Notes: generated by a model not told the origin, from the letters alone. Counted from the stretch's first letter, positions 8,673 to 25,164 are shown. The stretch is DNA of 64,000 nt from Thalia democratica (GCA_965202585.1 OZ241831.1:14818001-14882000), one strand, 5' to 3'. A program made the numbers and translations.

Positions 8673-11600
8673 TTTTATTTTCAAGCACTTATTTGTTGGA
8701 TTTATTCTTCATACTTATTATGAAAGTTTGTAGTTTATCTTAAACATTTTTCAATAATAAATGACACACTAACTAGACTGTCATTTAGTTGTAGACTTAT
8801 TTTGTCTGTTGCTTTCATTTTGCTATTTATATAAAAGCCATAACTTTATTTCTTAAAAGCGTTTCGTTCTGCTCTAGACTTTTAACAAATATAACTTGAA
8901 ATAAACAGTTGCAGTAGTTTTTAGTTATCAAGTTGTCTCATACACAGTCTTCAATAAAGTTACAAAGCTGTTTACTTCTTTTCCTTTGCATAATGTTTCA
9001 GCTATTGGTTTTTTTACGCGTTGATGTTTTATGTTAAAAATCCATAAGCAACTAAGTTTAATAAAACAAGTCTAAGATTTGTAAAAAAAAAATTCAACTT
9101 TGCTATTCATGACAGTTGTACTGAAATTGAATGCTTTTTGGTCGTTTTTTTTCTTTAGAACAATCACTGTTGTTTACATTTATTTATTTTTGAAAATACA
9201 TTTTGATAAGCATGATCAGTATAATTTTCATGAATAAACCTCTACTGTTCAAGTATTTTTTAAAATAATACGAAATTTATTAAAACTAACTGTTTTATTT
9301 TCATTCCATAATGAAATTACTTTTTATAGTGACGTAGAACAAGTTTTAAAAATAAAGTTTAGTATTTATTAAATTAAAAAAAAAGTCTACGAAGTAAGCA
9401 TAATTGAGAATTTTTTTTTTGTCTAAATAAAGAAGTTAACAAGAAAAAGCCTTTGGACAACACGTTTAAGTTAGTTGAAGCTTTTTATGAAACATCAAAT
9501 TACAACTAGTTAACAAAACTTATTTCACGATTTAGGCAATACTTTCAAAACATAACTAGCTCTCTTACTAAAAGTTGCTTAGAATGTCCAGTAAAAGTAC
9601 AAAGGCAATAGTAAGTATGCATATCTAGGTGACAAAAGAAAAGACAGAACAAATATTATTTAGAAGTAAAATGTGTCATTCAACTAGCTCTAACTCTTAC
9701 TTTTGATCTTTTACCACCACAAAGTTGGTTGAGTTGCACATTTTTGTTGTTTAGTTAAAGCTTGTTTAACACTGCTTAGTAGACTTTAAAGCTGGTTAAA
9801 TAAACTGGTTGTCCTGATTACATTAGATTAACTTGATAAAGCTATAAGCAATGCTAGATCAACTAAAAGATGTAAGCTTTTTAAAGTTATAGATTCGAAA
9901 TGTTCTTTTTCGTTCATGTTGTGATGCATATATGTTGTTTTTTGTTTATGTATTTATGAGTTGTAATGCATGTTTTAAATGTGTTTTAGTTAAAGTTATT
10001 TTCTGAAACGATACAACATAAATTAGACCCAAAGCTAAACTAATTTTCAACTTGATAAATCTGTGAACAATTTGAGTTCAATAAAAAGCTTTGTAAAAAG
10101 AATTCGGTTGTAATACATGATGGTTGTTGTACTGAAATTGCAGTTTTGTTGATTTTTTTATTTTGGTTTGAACAGCTTCTGTTGTTAATTGTATTTTAAA
10201 CTGTTTTACTTAGTTTGAGTTGCATTGTAATAAAAAGAAATAATAAATTTTAGAAACTACTGGTTTATTAGATTGTAATTGTTAATATCCAAAGTTAAGT
10301 TTGTTTTATTATAATTTAATGTATTATTTTCATTTAAAATCTAATACTTTTTACAGTGACGTAGAACAGTATTTTTTAAATAAACTAAATACTTTTTCAA
10401 TTTTACAAAAAGAAGTATACAAAATAAGCATAACGGGAATAAGTTTTGTTTAAAGAAAGAAGTTTACAAGAAAATCTTATGGACACAAAAATCAAGTTAG
10501 TTGAAGCTTTCTGCGAAACGTATATTTATTTGTAATGTAACAGACTTAAGCAATGGTTTTTAAATACAACTAGCTCCCTCCTCAAAAGTAGTTTAAAATG
10601 TCATGTAAGAGAACAAAAACAATTGTAAATACAAGTATGTGACAAAAAGTTAAAACACAAAAGTATAAGTTAGAAGTAAACTGTTTTATACAAACATTCT
10701 AACTCACCTTTTACCAGCACAAAAAACATTAAGTTTGGTTCGTTTTTGTCGTCTAGTTAGAGCTTGCTTAATGCTGCTTAGTGGACATTGATATCTGGTT
10801 GAATCAGTTGGTGGTCCTTATCACTTTAGACTTATAACAGAAATGACTATAGACTGTAAAAGTCGTTTTAAGTCATCAAGTTGTCTCACATATAGTTGTA
10901 ACAAGTAATACAAATGAGTGGTGACAAGCTGTTACTTCTTTTCCTTTCAGCTTAAAAATTGAGTTCTTTCATGTTTTCGACTAGTTAAGCAATCAAAAAC
11001 AAACTAAATAGATGTCAGCTTTGTAAAATAAAAGTTTTAATGATAAGCTTTCATCAACTATTTCAGCTATTTTTGTTTTGGTAAATCGCGTACTTGTTTA
11101 TAGTGTTGTTTTTCTTTGAACAATCGATGTTGTTTACATTTATGTATTTTAATGTATGATTTTTAAATTACTATGCATGTTTTTAATCGTGTTTTAGTTG
11201 TAATTAAACTATATTTTTTGTGAAACAAATATTGTTTGTTGTTAACAATTGAAAACATACTTTGTTGATAAACCAAAGTAAGTTTTATTCTTATTACTAT
11301 TTAAGTGTACTATTTTCATTGAAAAATATAAATAGTTTTTAAAGTGACGTAGCGTAACTTTTTTTAATAAGTTAAAATACAAATAATTATTGAATGTTTA
11401 AGAAAAGTGCACAAAGTAAGAACGAATAAGATAGAGTTCTTAGAAAAAAAAGATATCAAGAAGAAAAAGACATCCAAGTTAGTTAATTATGTTAAGCATT
11501 CAATTACAGTAGTTGTTACATCAAGTTGTCTAACACCTAGTCTAAACAAGTAACTTTACCATGAAAATAATAAAACAAGCATTTTTTAACCTTGTTTAAG

Positions 11601-12266
11601 CTAATGAGTTGGTTTGTATCATAGGGTGATGTTTTGGCTTGAAATGATATCTTAAATAAGCTAAATAGATGTCAGCCTTGTAGGTGGGAATACTTAAATG
11701 TGTTTGAAATTCACATTTGTTATCTTTTGTTCTGAACTTTTATTTCTATTTATATACTTATAACTTTTTAAAACATTTTACATGGTTTTAACTGCATTTA
11801 AGTTGATAAAAAGAAGACGTTTAAAAGTTGTTGTGTTGCTGATAATCAACAACAACAACTTAAAAATGTAACAAAAACTAAGGTTTTTTTTGTTATAAGT
11901 TAAGTATACGTTACTGTATTATTTTTTTTAAACACTTATTTACTGAATGTTTTAACAGAAATTCAACAAATGAACAAGAAGTTGTATAGAAAAAAAAAAG
12001 TTCACGGACAACGTATTGAAGTTAGTTAAATCCTTTTTTACATATACTACTGTTTTTTCAAATTAGACTTGAGCAATGGTAACCATAAGATTAAAACTTG
12101 AAAGTACGACAAATTTTAAATCAAACAACTAAAGTGTTTGATCTTTTAATTCTTATGACAACCAGTTTGTTTGTACAATTATCAATTTGTGGCTTGTACT
12201 TTAAGTAGATATCAATAGCCGGTTTTGTTCAAATGGTGGTCCTAAAAAGGACCGGTTGTTGAGCAT

Positions 12267-12626
12267 TTATTTTGAGCTGGTGTACTTGGTAACAGCTTTA
12301 GTTCCCTCTGAAACTGCGTGCTTTGACAACTCGCCGGGGAGCAAGAGCCTGACAGCAGTTTGAATTTCGCGGCTGCTCACAGTTGACCTCTTGTTGTAAT
12401 GAGCCAAACGTGAAGCCTCTGCTGCAATGCGCTCGAAGATGTCGTTGACAAATGAGTTCATGATTCCCATCGCCTTGCTGGAAATTCCGGTGTCGGGGTG
12501 CACTTGCTTCAAAACTTTGTACACGTAGATGCCAAAGCTTTCTTTGTGCCTCCTCCTTCGCTTCTTCTTGCCGTCGACCGGGGTGGTCTTGGCTACTGAC
12601 TTCTTCGCGCCTTTGGTTGCGGTCAT
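12267..12626 (-). CDS. H2B: Histone H2B, unit 2
   Basis: Protein identical to unit 1. Confidence 0.98.
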   Translation of the reverse strand: MTATKGAKKSVAKTTPVDGKKKRRRRHKESFGIYVYKVLKQVHPDTGISSKAMGIMNSFVNDIFERIAAEASRLAHYNKRSTVSSREIQTAVRLLLPGELSKHAVSEGTKAVTKYTSSK

Positions 12627-12785
12627 GATGATGTGTGAACTTCAGTCTCGGCGCCAGCTTATATACTGAAAGTTTATGCAAATTAGCATTTCCGTACGCG
12701 AACGACAGCCTCTCTCATTTTATGATTCTCTCGTTTGTCGTAAATATTTTTAGGTGGTCCTGAAAAGGACCTGGTTTGTTTTAAC

Positions 12786-13166
12786 TTAGGCTGATTTTTT
12801 TGAAGCGGTCTTCTTGGGCAATAATACTGCCTGGATGTTTGGAAGAACACCTCCTTGAGCAATAGTGACGCCGCCGAGAAGTTTGTTCAACTCTTCGTCG
12901 TTGCGGATAGCTAGTTGCAAATGGCGGGGAATGATCCTGCTTTTCTTGTTGTCACGAGCAGCGTTACCGGCAAGCTCGAGCACTTCTGCGCTCAAATACT
13001 CGAGAACGGCAGCCAGATAAACTGGAGCACCAGCTCCGACTCTTTGGCTGTAGTTGCCAGTGCGCAACAGGCGGTGCACGCGACCGACTGGAAACTGCAG
13101 TCCTGCACGAGAAGACCTGCTCTTCGGCTTAGATTTGAGTTTTGATCCTTTACCACGTCCCGACAT
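12786..13166 (-). CDS. H2A: Histone H2A, unit 2
   Basis: 126 aa from the ATG of MSGRGK; identical to unit 1. Confidence 0.98.
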   Translation of the reverse strand: MSGRGKGSKLKSKPKSRSSRAGLQFPVGRVHRLLRTGNYSQRVGAGAPVYLAAVLEYLSAEVLELAGNAARDNKKSRIIPRHLQLAIRNDEELNKLLGGVTIAQGGVLPNIQAVLLPKKTASKKSA

Positions 13167-13360
13167 CTTGTTGTTCGAATGATTGTGCCAAGATGCTCGC
13201 ACAGCTCTGTATAAAACTCAAACCTAACCGCGTCGAACGAACAACTAATTTGCATATGTCGTAGCTGCTCTTTAATCTTGTCAAAATGTTTGTTCAGCAG
13301 TGTTGAAGAAATTTGATTTTGAAATGGGTGGTCCTAAAAAGGACCGAGTTTGCTAAATGT

Positions 13361-13705
<345 letters not shown>

Positions 13706-13861
13706 TTATTTATAAGCTGTTACGGACGCGTACGGTTACTACTAAACTAATTTGCATACTCAGAAAAGTCTCTAACTTACATTCTTTCGTTTGGTTTATT
13801 TTTTCTCACTATCAAACAAAGTTTAAAAGTGGCCCTGAAAAGGACCGGTTTTAGCTAATGC

Positions 13862-14398
<537 letters not shown>

Positions 14399-14459
14399 TC
14401 ATGTTTTGTTAATATTTTGATTGAGTGGTCCTGAAAAGGACCTTGGGTAAAAGAACAAC

Positions 14460-15047
14460 TTATTTTTTACAGCTCTTCTTGGTACTTGCCTTCTTAGATG
14501 CTTTTTTGGCTACCGGCTTCTTCTTGGTTACTTTCTTCTTCTTGCTTGCAGCTTTTTTAGATGCTGCTTTCTTAGGAGCACACTTTTTAGCAGGTCGCTT
14601 TTTGGCTGCTGGTTTTTTCGCTGTCTTCTTGGGAGCACACTTCTTTACTCGTTTCTTTGCTGCGGCCTTCTTTACTGCTGGCTTTTTAGCTACTTTTTTT
14701 GTCCTCTTCTTGGGACCAGCAGCTGGCATTGGAGCAAGCTTGAACGAGCCGGAAGCGCCTTTTCCAGTAGTCTGGAGAAAAGAACCTTTGGTCACGCCGC
14801 TGGTAAGTGCTCTCTTCAAGTGAGAATTAGAAGCTGAGAGGTCAAGCTTGTAGGTGTCCGCGATATATTTTTGTATCTTCTGGCGGGATGTACCTTTTCG
14901 TTCCTTCATTGCTCCCAGGGCAGAGCTAATCATCTCCCTGTAAGTCGGGTGTTCTGCCTTCTTGGCGCTTGGTCTCTTGGAAGACCTGGCCTTGGCTGCG
15001 GCCGCCGCCGCTGCTACTGCTGGTGCTGCTACTGCTGTGGTAGACAT
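14460..15047 (-). CDS. H1: Linker histone H1, unit 2 (195 aa)
   Basis: As unit 1, with one A-to-T change in the tail (KKTAKK). Confidence 0.96.
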   Translation of the reverse strand: MSTTAVAAPAVAAAAAAAKARSSKRPSAKKAEHPTYREMISSALGAMKERKGTSRQKIQKYIADTYKLDLSASNSHLKRALTSGVTKGSFLQTTGKGASGSFKLAPMPAAGPKKRTKKVAKKPAVKKAAAKKRVKKCAPKKTAKKPAAKKRPAKKCAPKKAASKKAASKKKKVTKKKPVAKKASKKASTKKSCKK

Positions 15048-16740
15048 TTTGTATGTATTTTAAAGCAACCGAAACAATACTTTTAGTAGTTACTGACTGT
15101 GACGAATTGACTGTTGAGCAGTTTTACTTTGTGAAGTACCTTTTACTGATTAATACGAGCATTATCATGTGAGTTTAAAGCGCATATGCTCATAAAAGCA
15201 TAGTTATTTTTTTACGAACGTCAAAAACATTCCAGTGACAAAGAAACCAGACTTAGCCTGGTCGGAAACAGAGTTTTTTTTAAAGCTTAGCTTTAAAGGT
15301 CCAGAAAAACAGTCTAAAAGTTACAGCACACCTCTGCATTTAATAATATAAACCTCAAATGAAACAAAATATATTACTACACATCCGGTTTAGTTTTCTT
15401 CAGCTGCAAACTTAAAACTGTAAGATTTTAGACAAGCACAAGTATTTTAAAAACTTCAAGCTTAAGTTAAGTTTTATTATTTTAATTTCATTCGGTTTTG
15501 TCAATTGTAAAACCCATTAAGTATGTTTAACTTGATTACAACTTTAACTGTTCTGGTTAGTAAAAAGTAATTCATAAACAAACACAAGTATTTAATTTAT
15601 GATACTTTACAAGTTATCATTACTTTAAGTATACTTATATTCAAAATGGCAGTACTAAACCACATAAAAAAACTTAAGTTCATAAGTTTTGAATTTGTTC
15701 TTCCACATACTAGTAACTTACCTTTTCAAAAATGTTCTGAACAGTAGCCATACAAAACTTGTTAAAAAGCTAGAAACTAATGTTTAACTTGTTATATAAA
15801 ACAGTCCCAACTAGTTACTAGTATTTCACAGTTAGAAAAATTTGAAACAACTTTTTAAAACTATTACACAGTTGTTTTGATTTTTTAACAACGTTTTATT
15901 TGTTATACTCGAAGCTGAACTAAGAACTTTTTCTTTGTAGATTTCATGAAAAGAAAGCGAACAAATGGATTTGATCGTAACTTTCCAAAACAAGACGAAA
16001 TAACTTGCACTTAAATGAATATCAGTACTGTTCACTTATGTTCAAAGAAAAGGACCGAAATTTCAATATGAAGTTTAAAAGAGTTGCTTATTTTGAGACG
16101 AAGAACTTTACTTAAAAAAAGAGGTTAGGCTAATTTTAAAAGTAACAAAAGTACAGTTCAAAAATGACTGCATAATGATAGAAGTGTTTATGTTTACTAA
16201 GTGAAGATTTGTTTAAATAAACTTTAATTGATTTACTGCTTAAAGTAGTTTCTAAGTGTAATAAAAACTAGATTCATTACAATGTTCTGCACAATTTAGA
16301 CAGTTGACTAAATGTTTTGCTGTGGTATATTTTAAAAAAGGTTGTTAAATCAACTCTAACTTGATATAAATGTAATTTCAAAATGTATTCTTTATTCTCA
16401 GGTGTTTTGAGCACTTCTGTTGTAACAACAGCATTTAAATTTCTAACATGTTAACAATTAGCTAATGTGTTTGTTTGATTTTTGTGTCTTTTCCTTTTAA
16501 AACAGGGTATTTACTTATTTGAAAACTGTACGTTGCTTTTGCACTCGTACTATCATAGCTGAACAGTTTTACGAAGCTTACTTTGAAGCAAATAAAAAAA
16601 AAATAAGTAAAGGCAAGAAAAACTTAAATTATTTGTTAGTTAGAACAAAGTGAGCTCTAAACATAAGAAACACTTAAGCATATAAGCTACAAGTTTCAGA
16701 CAGTTCATTGGTTTATAACAACTTTTTATCGTTTTCGAAC

Positions 16741-16862
16741 GCCTACGACCATACCACACTGAACACACCCCATCTCGTCCGATCTGGGAAGTTAAAAAAG
16801 TGTCGGGCTTAAAGGTTAGTACTTAGATGGGTGACCGCTTGGGAATACCGCGTGCCGTAGGC
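16741..16862 (+). rRNA. 5S: 5S rRNA gene, aberrant 122-nt form, copy 3
   Basis: Identical to 361-482. Confidence 0.88.
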
Positions 16863-19800
16863 TTTTATTTTCAAGCACTTATTTGTTGGATTTATTCTTC
16901 ATACTTATTATGAAAGTTTGTAGTTTATCTTAAACATTTTTCAATAATAAATGACACACTAACTAGACTGTCATTTAGTTGTAGACTTATTTTGTCTGTT
17001 GCTTTCATTTTGCTATTTATATAAAAGCCATAACTTTATTTCTTAAAAGCGTTTCGTTCTGCTCTAGACTTTTAACAAATATAACTTGAAATAAACAGTT
17101 GCAGTAGTTTTTAGTTATCAAGTTGTCTCATACACAGTCTTCAATAAAGTTACAAAGCTGTTTACTTCTTTTCCTTTGCATAATGTTTCAGCTATTGGTT
17201 TTTTTACGCGTTGATGTTTTATGTTAAAAATCCATAAGCAACTAAGTTTAATAAAACAAGTCTAAGATTTGTAAAAAAAAAATTCAACTTTGCTATTCAT
17301 GACAGTTGTACTGAAATTGAATGCTTTTTGGTCGTTTTTTTTCTTTAGAACAATCACTGTTGTTTACATTTATTTATTTTTGAAAATACATTTTGATAAG
17401 CATGATCAGTATAATTTTCATGAATAAACCTCTACTGTTCAAGTATTTTTTAAAATAATACGAAATTTATTAAAACTAACTGTTTTATTTTCATTCCATA
17501 ATGAAATTACTTTTTATAGTGACGTAGAACAAGTTTTAAAAATAAAGTTTAGTATTTATTAAATTAAAAAAAAAGTCTACGAAGTAAGCATAATTGAGAA
17601 TTTTTTTTTTGTCTAAATAAAGAAGTTAACAAGAAAAAGCCTTTGGACAACACGTTTAAGTTAGTTGAAGCTTTTTATGAAACATCAAATTACAACTAGT
17701 TAACAAAACTTATTTCACGATTTAGGCAATACTTTCAAAACATAACTAGCTCTCTTACTAAAAGTTGCTTAGAATGTCCAGTAAAAGTACAAAGGCAATA
17801 GTAAGTATGCATATCTAGGTGACAAAAGAAAAGACAGAACAAATATTATTTAGAAGTAAAATGTGTCATTCAACTAGCTCTAACTCTTACTTTTGATCTT
17901 TTACCACCACAAAGTTGGTTGAGTTGCACATTTTTGTTGTTTAGTTAAAGCTTGTTTAACACTGCTTAGTAGACTTTAAAGCTGGTTAAATAAACTGGTT
18001 GTCCTGATTACATTAGATTAACTTGATAAAGCTATAAGCAATGCTAGATCAACTAAAAGATGTAAGCTTTTTAAAGTTATAGATTCGAAATGTTCTTTTT
18101 CGTTCATGTTGTGATGCATATATGTTGTTTTTTGTTTATGTATTTATGAGTTGTAATGCATGTTTTAAATGTGTTTTAGTTAAAGTTATTTTCTGAAACG
18201 ATACAACATAAATTAGACCCAAAGCTAAACTAATTTTCAACTTGATAAATCTGTGAACAATTTGAGTTCAATAAAAAGCTTTGTAAAAAGAATTCGGTTG
18301 TAATACATGATGGTTGTTGTACTGAAATTGCAGTTTTGTTGATTTTTTTATTTTGGTTTGAACAGCTTCTGTTGTTAATTGTATTTTAAACTGTTTTACT
18401 TAGTTTGAGTTGCATTGTAATAAAAAGAAATAATAAATTTTAGAAACTACTGGTTTATTAGATTGTAATTGTTAATATCCAAAGTTAAGTTTGTTTTATT
18501 ATAATTTAATGTATTATTTTCATTTAAAATCTAATACTTTTTACAGTGACGTAGAACAGTATTTTTTAAATAAACTAAATACTTTTTCAATTTTACAAAA
18601 AGAAGTATACAAAATAAGCATAACGGGAATAAGTTTTGTTTAAAGAAAGAAGTTTACAAGAAAATCTTATGGACACAAAAATCAAGTTAGTTGAAGCTTT
18701 CTGCGAAACGTATATTTATTTGTAATGTAACAGACTTAAGCAATGGTTTTTAAATACAACTAGCTCCCTCCTCAAAAGTAGTTTAAAATGTCATGTAAGA
18801 GAACAAAAACAATTGTAAATACAAGTATGTGACAAAAAGTTAAAACACAAAAGTATAAGTTAGAAGTAAACTGTTTTATACAAACATTCTAACTCACCTT
18901 TTACCAGCACAAAAAACATTAAGTTTGGTTCGTTTTTGTCGTCTAGTTAGAGCTTGCTTAATGCTGCTTAGTGGACATTGATATCTGGTTGAATCAGTTG
19001 GTGGTCCTTATCACTTTAGACTTATAACAGAAATGACTATAGACTGTAAAAGTCGTTTTAAGTCATCAAGTTGTCTCACATATAGTTGTAACAAGTAATA
19101 CAAATGAGTGGTGACAAGCTGTTACTTCTTTTCCTTTCAGCTTAAAAATTGAGTTCTTTCATGTTTTCGACTAGTTAAGCAATCAAAAACAAACTAAATA
19201 GATGTCAGCTTTGTAAAATAAAAGTTTTAATGATAAGCTTTCATCAACTATTTCAGCTATTTTTGTTTTGGTAAATCGCGTACTTGTTTATAGTGTTGTT
19301 TTTCTTTGAACAATCGATGTTGTTTACATTTATGTATTTTAATGTATGATTTTTAAATTACTATGCATGTTTTTAATCGTGTTTTAGTTGTAATTAAACT
19401 ATATTTTTTGTGAAACAAATATTGTTTGTTGTTAACAATTGAAAACATACTTTGTTGATAAACCAAAGTAAGTTTTATTCTTATTACTATTTAAGTGTAC
19501 TATTTTCATTGAAAAATATAAATAGTTTTTAAAGTGACGTAGCGTAACTTTTTTTAATAAGTTAAAATACAAATAATTATTGAATGTTTAAGAAAAGTGC
19601 ACAAAGTAAGAACGAATAAGATAGAGTTCTTAGAAAAAAAAGATATCAAGAAGAAAAAGACATCCAAGTTAGTTAATTATGTTAAGCATTCAATTACAGT
19701 AGTTGTTACATCAAGTTGTCTAACACCTAGTCTAAACAAGTAACTTTACCATGAAAATAATAAAACAAGCATTTTTTAACCTTGTTTAAGCTAATGAGTT

Positions 19801-20456
19801 GGTTTGTATCATAGGGTGATGTTTTGGCTTGAAATGATATCTTAAATAAGCTAAATAGATGTCAGCCTTGTAGGTGGGAATACTTAAATGTGTTTGAAAT
19901 TCACATTTGTTATCTTTTGTTCTGAACTTTTATTTCTATTTATATACTTATAACTTTTTAAAACATTTTACATGGTTTTAACTGCATTTAAGTTGATAAA
20001 AAGAAGACGTTTAAAAGTTGTTGTGTTGCTGATAATCAACAACAACAACTTAAAAATGTAACAAAAACTAAGGTTTTTTTTGTTATAAGTTAAGTATACG
20101 TTACTGTATTATTTTTTTTAAACACTTATTTACTGAATGTTTTAACAGAAATTCAACAAATGAACAAGAAGTTGTATAGAAAAAAAAAAGTTCACGGACA
20201 ACGTATTGAAGTTAGTTAAATCCTTTTTTACATATACTACTGTTTTTTCAAATTAGACTTGAGCAATGGTAACCATAAGATTAAAACTTGAAAGTACGAC
20301 AAATTTTAAATCAAACAACTAAAGTGTTTGATCTTTTAATTCTTATAACAACCAGTTTGTTTGTACAATTATCAATTTGTGGCTTGTACTTTAAGTAGAT
20401 ATCAATAGCCGGTTTTGTTCAAATGGTGGTCCTAAAAAGGACCGGTTGTTGAGCAT

Positions 20457-20816
20457 TTATTTTGAGCTGGTGTACTTGGTAACAGCTTTAGTTCCCTCTG
20501 AAACTGCGTGCTTTGACAACTCGCCGGGGAGCAAGAGCCTGACAGCAGTTTGAATTTCGCGGCTGCTCACAGTTGACCTCTTGTTGTAATGAGCCAAACG
20601 TGAAGCCTCTGCTGCAATGCGCTCGAAGATGTCGTTGACAAATGAGTTCATGATTCCCATCGCCTTGCTGGAAATTCCGGTGTCGGGGTGCACTTGCTTC
20701 AAGACTTTGTACACGTAGATGCCAAAGCTTTCTTTGTGCCTCCTCCTTCGCTTCTTCTTGCCGTCGACCGGGGTGGTCTTGGCTACTGACTTCTTCGCGC
20801 CTTTGGTTGCGGTCAT
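20457..20816 (-). CDS. H2B: Histone H2B, unit 3
   Basis: Protein identical to unit 1; one synonymous change at 20703. Confidence 0.98.
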   Translation of the reverse strand: MTATKGAKKSVAKTTPVDGKKKRRRRHKESFGIYVYKVLKQVHPDTGISSKAMGIMNSFVNDIFERIAAEASRLAHYNKRSTVSSREIQTAVRLLLPGELSKHAVSEGTKAVTKYTSSK

Positions 20817-20975
20817 GATGATGTGTGAACTTCAGTCTCGGCGCCAGCTTATATACTGAAAGTTTATGCAAATTAGCATTTCCGTACGCGAACGACAGCC
20901 TCTCTCATTTTATGATTCTCTCGTTTGTCGTAAATATTTTTAGGTGGTCCTGAAAAGGACCTGGTTTGTTTTAAC

Positions 20976-21356
20976 TTAGGCTGATTTTTTTGAAGCGGTC
21001 TTCTTGGGCAATAATACTGCCTGGATGTTTGGAAGAACACCTCCTTGAGCAATAGTGACGCCGCCGAGAAGTTTGTTCAACTCTTCGTCGTTGCGGATAG
21101 CTAGTTGCAAATGGCGGGGAATGATCCTGCTTTTCTTGTTGTCACGAGCAGCGTTACCGGCAAGCTCGAGCACTTCTGCGCTCAAATACTCGAGAACGGC
21201 AGCCAGATAAACTGGAGCACCAGCTCCGACTCTTTGGCTGTAGTTGCCAGTGCGCAACAGGCGGTGCACGCGACCGACTGGAAACTGCAGTCCTGCACGA
21301 GAAGACCTGCTCTTCGGCTTAGATTTGAGTTTTGATCCTTTACCACGTCCCGACAT
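20976..21356 (-). CDS. H2A: Histone H2A, unit 3
   Basis: 126 aa from MSGRGK. Confidence 0.98.
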   Translation of the reverse strand: MSGRGKGSKLKSKPKSRSSRAGLQFPVGRVHRLLRTGNYSQRVGAGAPVYLAAVLEYLSAEVLELAGNAARDNKKSRIIPRHLQLAIRNDEELNKLLGGVTIAQGGVLPNIQAVLLPKKTASKKSA

Positions 21357-21550
21357 CTTGTTGTTCGAATGATTGTGCCAAGATGCTCGCACAGCTCTGT
21401 ATAAAACTCAAACCTAACCGCGTCGAACGAACAACTAATTTGCATATGTCGTAGCTGCTCTTTAATCTTGTCAAAATGTTTGTTCAGCAGTGTTGAAGAA
21501 ATTTGATTTTGAAATGGGTGGTCCTAAAAAGGACCGAGTTTGCTAGATGT

Positions 21551-21895
<345 letters not shown>

Positions 21896-22051
21896 TTATT
21901 TATAAGCTGTTACGGACGCGTACGGTTACTACTAAACTAATTTGCATACTCAGAAAAGTCTCTAACTTACATTCTTTCGTTTGGTTTATTTTTTCTCACT
22001 ATCAAACAAAGTTTAAAATTGGCCCTGAAAAGGACCGGTTTTAGCTAATGC

Positions 22052-22588
<537 letters not shown>

Positions 22589-22649
22589 TCATGTTTTGTT
22601 AATATTTTGATTGAGTGGTCCTGAAAAGGACCTTGGGTAAAAGAACAAC

Positions 22650-23219
22650 TTATTTTTTACAGCTCTTCTTGGTACTTGCCTTCTTAGATGCTTTTTTGGC
22701 TACCGGCTTCTTCTTGGTTACTTTCTTCTTCTTGCTTGCAGCTTTTTTAGATGCTGCCTTCTTAGGAGCACACTTTTTAGCAGGTCGCTTTTTGGCTGCT
22801 GGTTTTTTCGCTGCCTTCTTGGGAGCACACTTCTTTACTCGTTTCTTTGCTGCGGCCTTCTTTACTGCTGGCTTTTTAGCTACTTTTTTTGTCCTCTTCT
22901 TGGGACCAGCAGCTGGCATTGGAGCAAGCTTGAACGAGCCGGAAGCGCCTTTTCCAGTAGTCTGGAGAAAAGAACCTTTGGTCACGCCGCTGGTAAGTGC
23001 TCTCTTCAAGTGAGAATTAGAAGCTGAGAGGTCAAGCTTGTAGGTGTCCGCGATATATTTTTGTATCTTCTGGCGGGATGTACCTTTTCGTTCCTTCATT
23101 GCTCCCAGGGCAGAGCTAATCATCTCCCTGTAAGTCGGGTGTTCTGCCTTCTTGGCGCTTGGTCTCTTGGAAGACCTGGCCTTGGCTGCGGCCGCCGCTG
23201 CTACTGCTGTGGTAGACAT
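22650..23219 (-). CDS. H1: Linker histone H1, unit 3 (189 aa, shortened N-terminus)
   Basis: In-frame loss within the N-terminal Ala/Val/Pro repeat. Confidence 0.96.
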   Translation of the reverse strand: MSTTAVAAAAAAKARSSKRPSAKKAEHPTYREMISSALGAMKERKGTSRQKIQKYIADTYKLDLSASNSHLKRALTSGVTKGSFLQTTGKGASGSFKLAPMPAAGPKKRTKKVAKKPAVKKAAAKKRVKKCAPKKAAKKPAAKKRPAKKCAPKKAASKKAASKKKKVTKKKPVAKKASKKASTKKSCKK

Positions 23220-25164
23220 TTTGTATGTATTTTAAAGCAACCGAAACAATACTTTCAGTAGTTACTGACTGTGACGAATTGACTGTTGAGCAGTTTTACT
23301 TTGTGAAGTACCTTTTACTGATTAATACGAGCATTAGCATGTGAGTTTAAAGCGCATATGCTCATAAAAGCATAGTTATTTTTTTACGAACGTCAAAAAC
23401 ATTCCAGTGACAAAGAAACCAGACTTAGCCTGGTCGGAAACAGAGTTTTTTTTAAAGCTTAGCTTTAAAGGTCAAGAAAAACAGTCTAAAAGTTACAGCA
23501 CACCTCTGCATTTAATGATATAAACCTCAAATGAAACAAAATATATTACTACACATCCGGTTTAGTTTTCTTCAGCTGCAAACTTAAAACTGTAAGATTT
23601 TAGACAAGCACAAGTATTTTTTTCCACTTCAAGCTTAAGTTAAGTTTTATTATTTTAATTTCATTCGGTTTTGTCAATTGTAAAACCCATGAAGTATGTT
23701 TAACTTGATTACAACTTTAACTGCGCTGGTTAGTAAAAAGTAATTCATAAACAAACACAAGTATTTAATTTATGATACTTTACAAGTTATCATTACTTTA
23801 AGTAAACTTATATTGAAAATGGCAGTACTAAACCACCTAAAAAAACTTAAGTACATAAGTTTTGAATTTGTTCTTCTACATACTAGTAACTTACCTTTTC
23901 AAAATTGTTCTGAACAGTAGCCATACAAAACTTGTTAAAAAGCTAGAAACTAATGTTTAACTTGTTATATAAAACAGTCCCAACTAGTTACTAGTATTTC
24001 ACAGTTAGAAAAATTTGAAACAACTTTTTAAAACTATTACACAGTTGTTTTGATTTTTTAACAACGTTTTATTTGTTATACTCGAAGCTGAACTAAGAAC
24101 TTTTTCTTTGTAGATTTGATGAAAAGAAAGCGAACAAATGGATTTGATCGTAACTTTCCAAAACGAGACGAAATAACTTACACTTAAATGAATATCAGTA
24201 CTGTTCACTTATGTTCAAAGAAAAGGACCGAAATTTCAATATGAAGTTTAAAAGAGTTGCTTATTTTGAGACGAAAAACTTTACTTTAAAAAAGAGGTTA
24301 GGCTAATTTTAAAAGTAGTATCAAGTAAGTAACGATCATAAAAAAATATCAATGTTTCATAAGTAATTTGAAAAACTAGATTGGATAAACTTTTGTTTAC
24401 ATTCAGTACTCATAAACTTGCGATGTGTTTAAGAAAGTCTATTTGACAATCATACAGTTAAAGTTTATTTTTCTAAAATTTGTTCATCATGAATTGAAAC
24501 TATATGAGCAACTAAATTAAATCTTGTTCAATGCATATTACAAAACATCATTAAATGTTCAAAGCAACAAAAGTACAGTTCAAAAATGACTGCATAATGA
24601 TAGAAGTGTTTATGTTTACTAAGTGAAGATTTGTTTAAATAAACTTTAATTGATTTACTGCTTAAAGTAGTTTCTAAGTGTAATAAAAACTAGATTCATT
24701 ACAATGTTCTGCACAATTTAGACAGTTGACTAAATGTTTTGCTGTGGTATATTTTAAAAAAGGTTGTTAAATCAACTATAACTTGATATAAATGTAATTT
24801 CAAAATGTATTCTTTATTCTCAGGTATTTTGAGCACTTCTGTTGTAACAACAGCATTTAAATTTCTAACATGTTAACAATTAGCTAATGTGTTTGTTTGA
24901 TTTTTGTGTCTTTTCCTTTTAAAACAGGGTATTTACTTATTTGAAAACTGTACATTGCTTTTGCACTCGTACTATCATAGCTGAACAGTTTTACGAAGCT
25001 TACTTTGAAGCAAATAAAAAAAAAGAATAAGTAAAGGCAAGAAAAAGTTAAATTATTTGTTAGTTAGAACAAAGTGAGCTCTAAACATAAGAAACACTTA
25101 AGCAAATAAGCTACAAGTTTCAGACAGCTCATTGGTTTATAACAACTTTTTATCGTTTTCGAAC

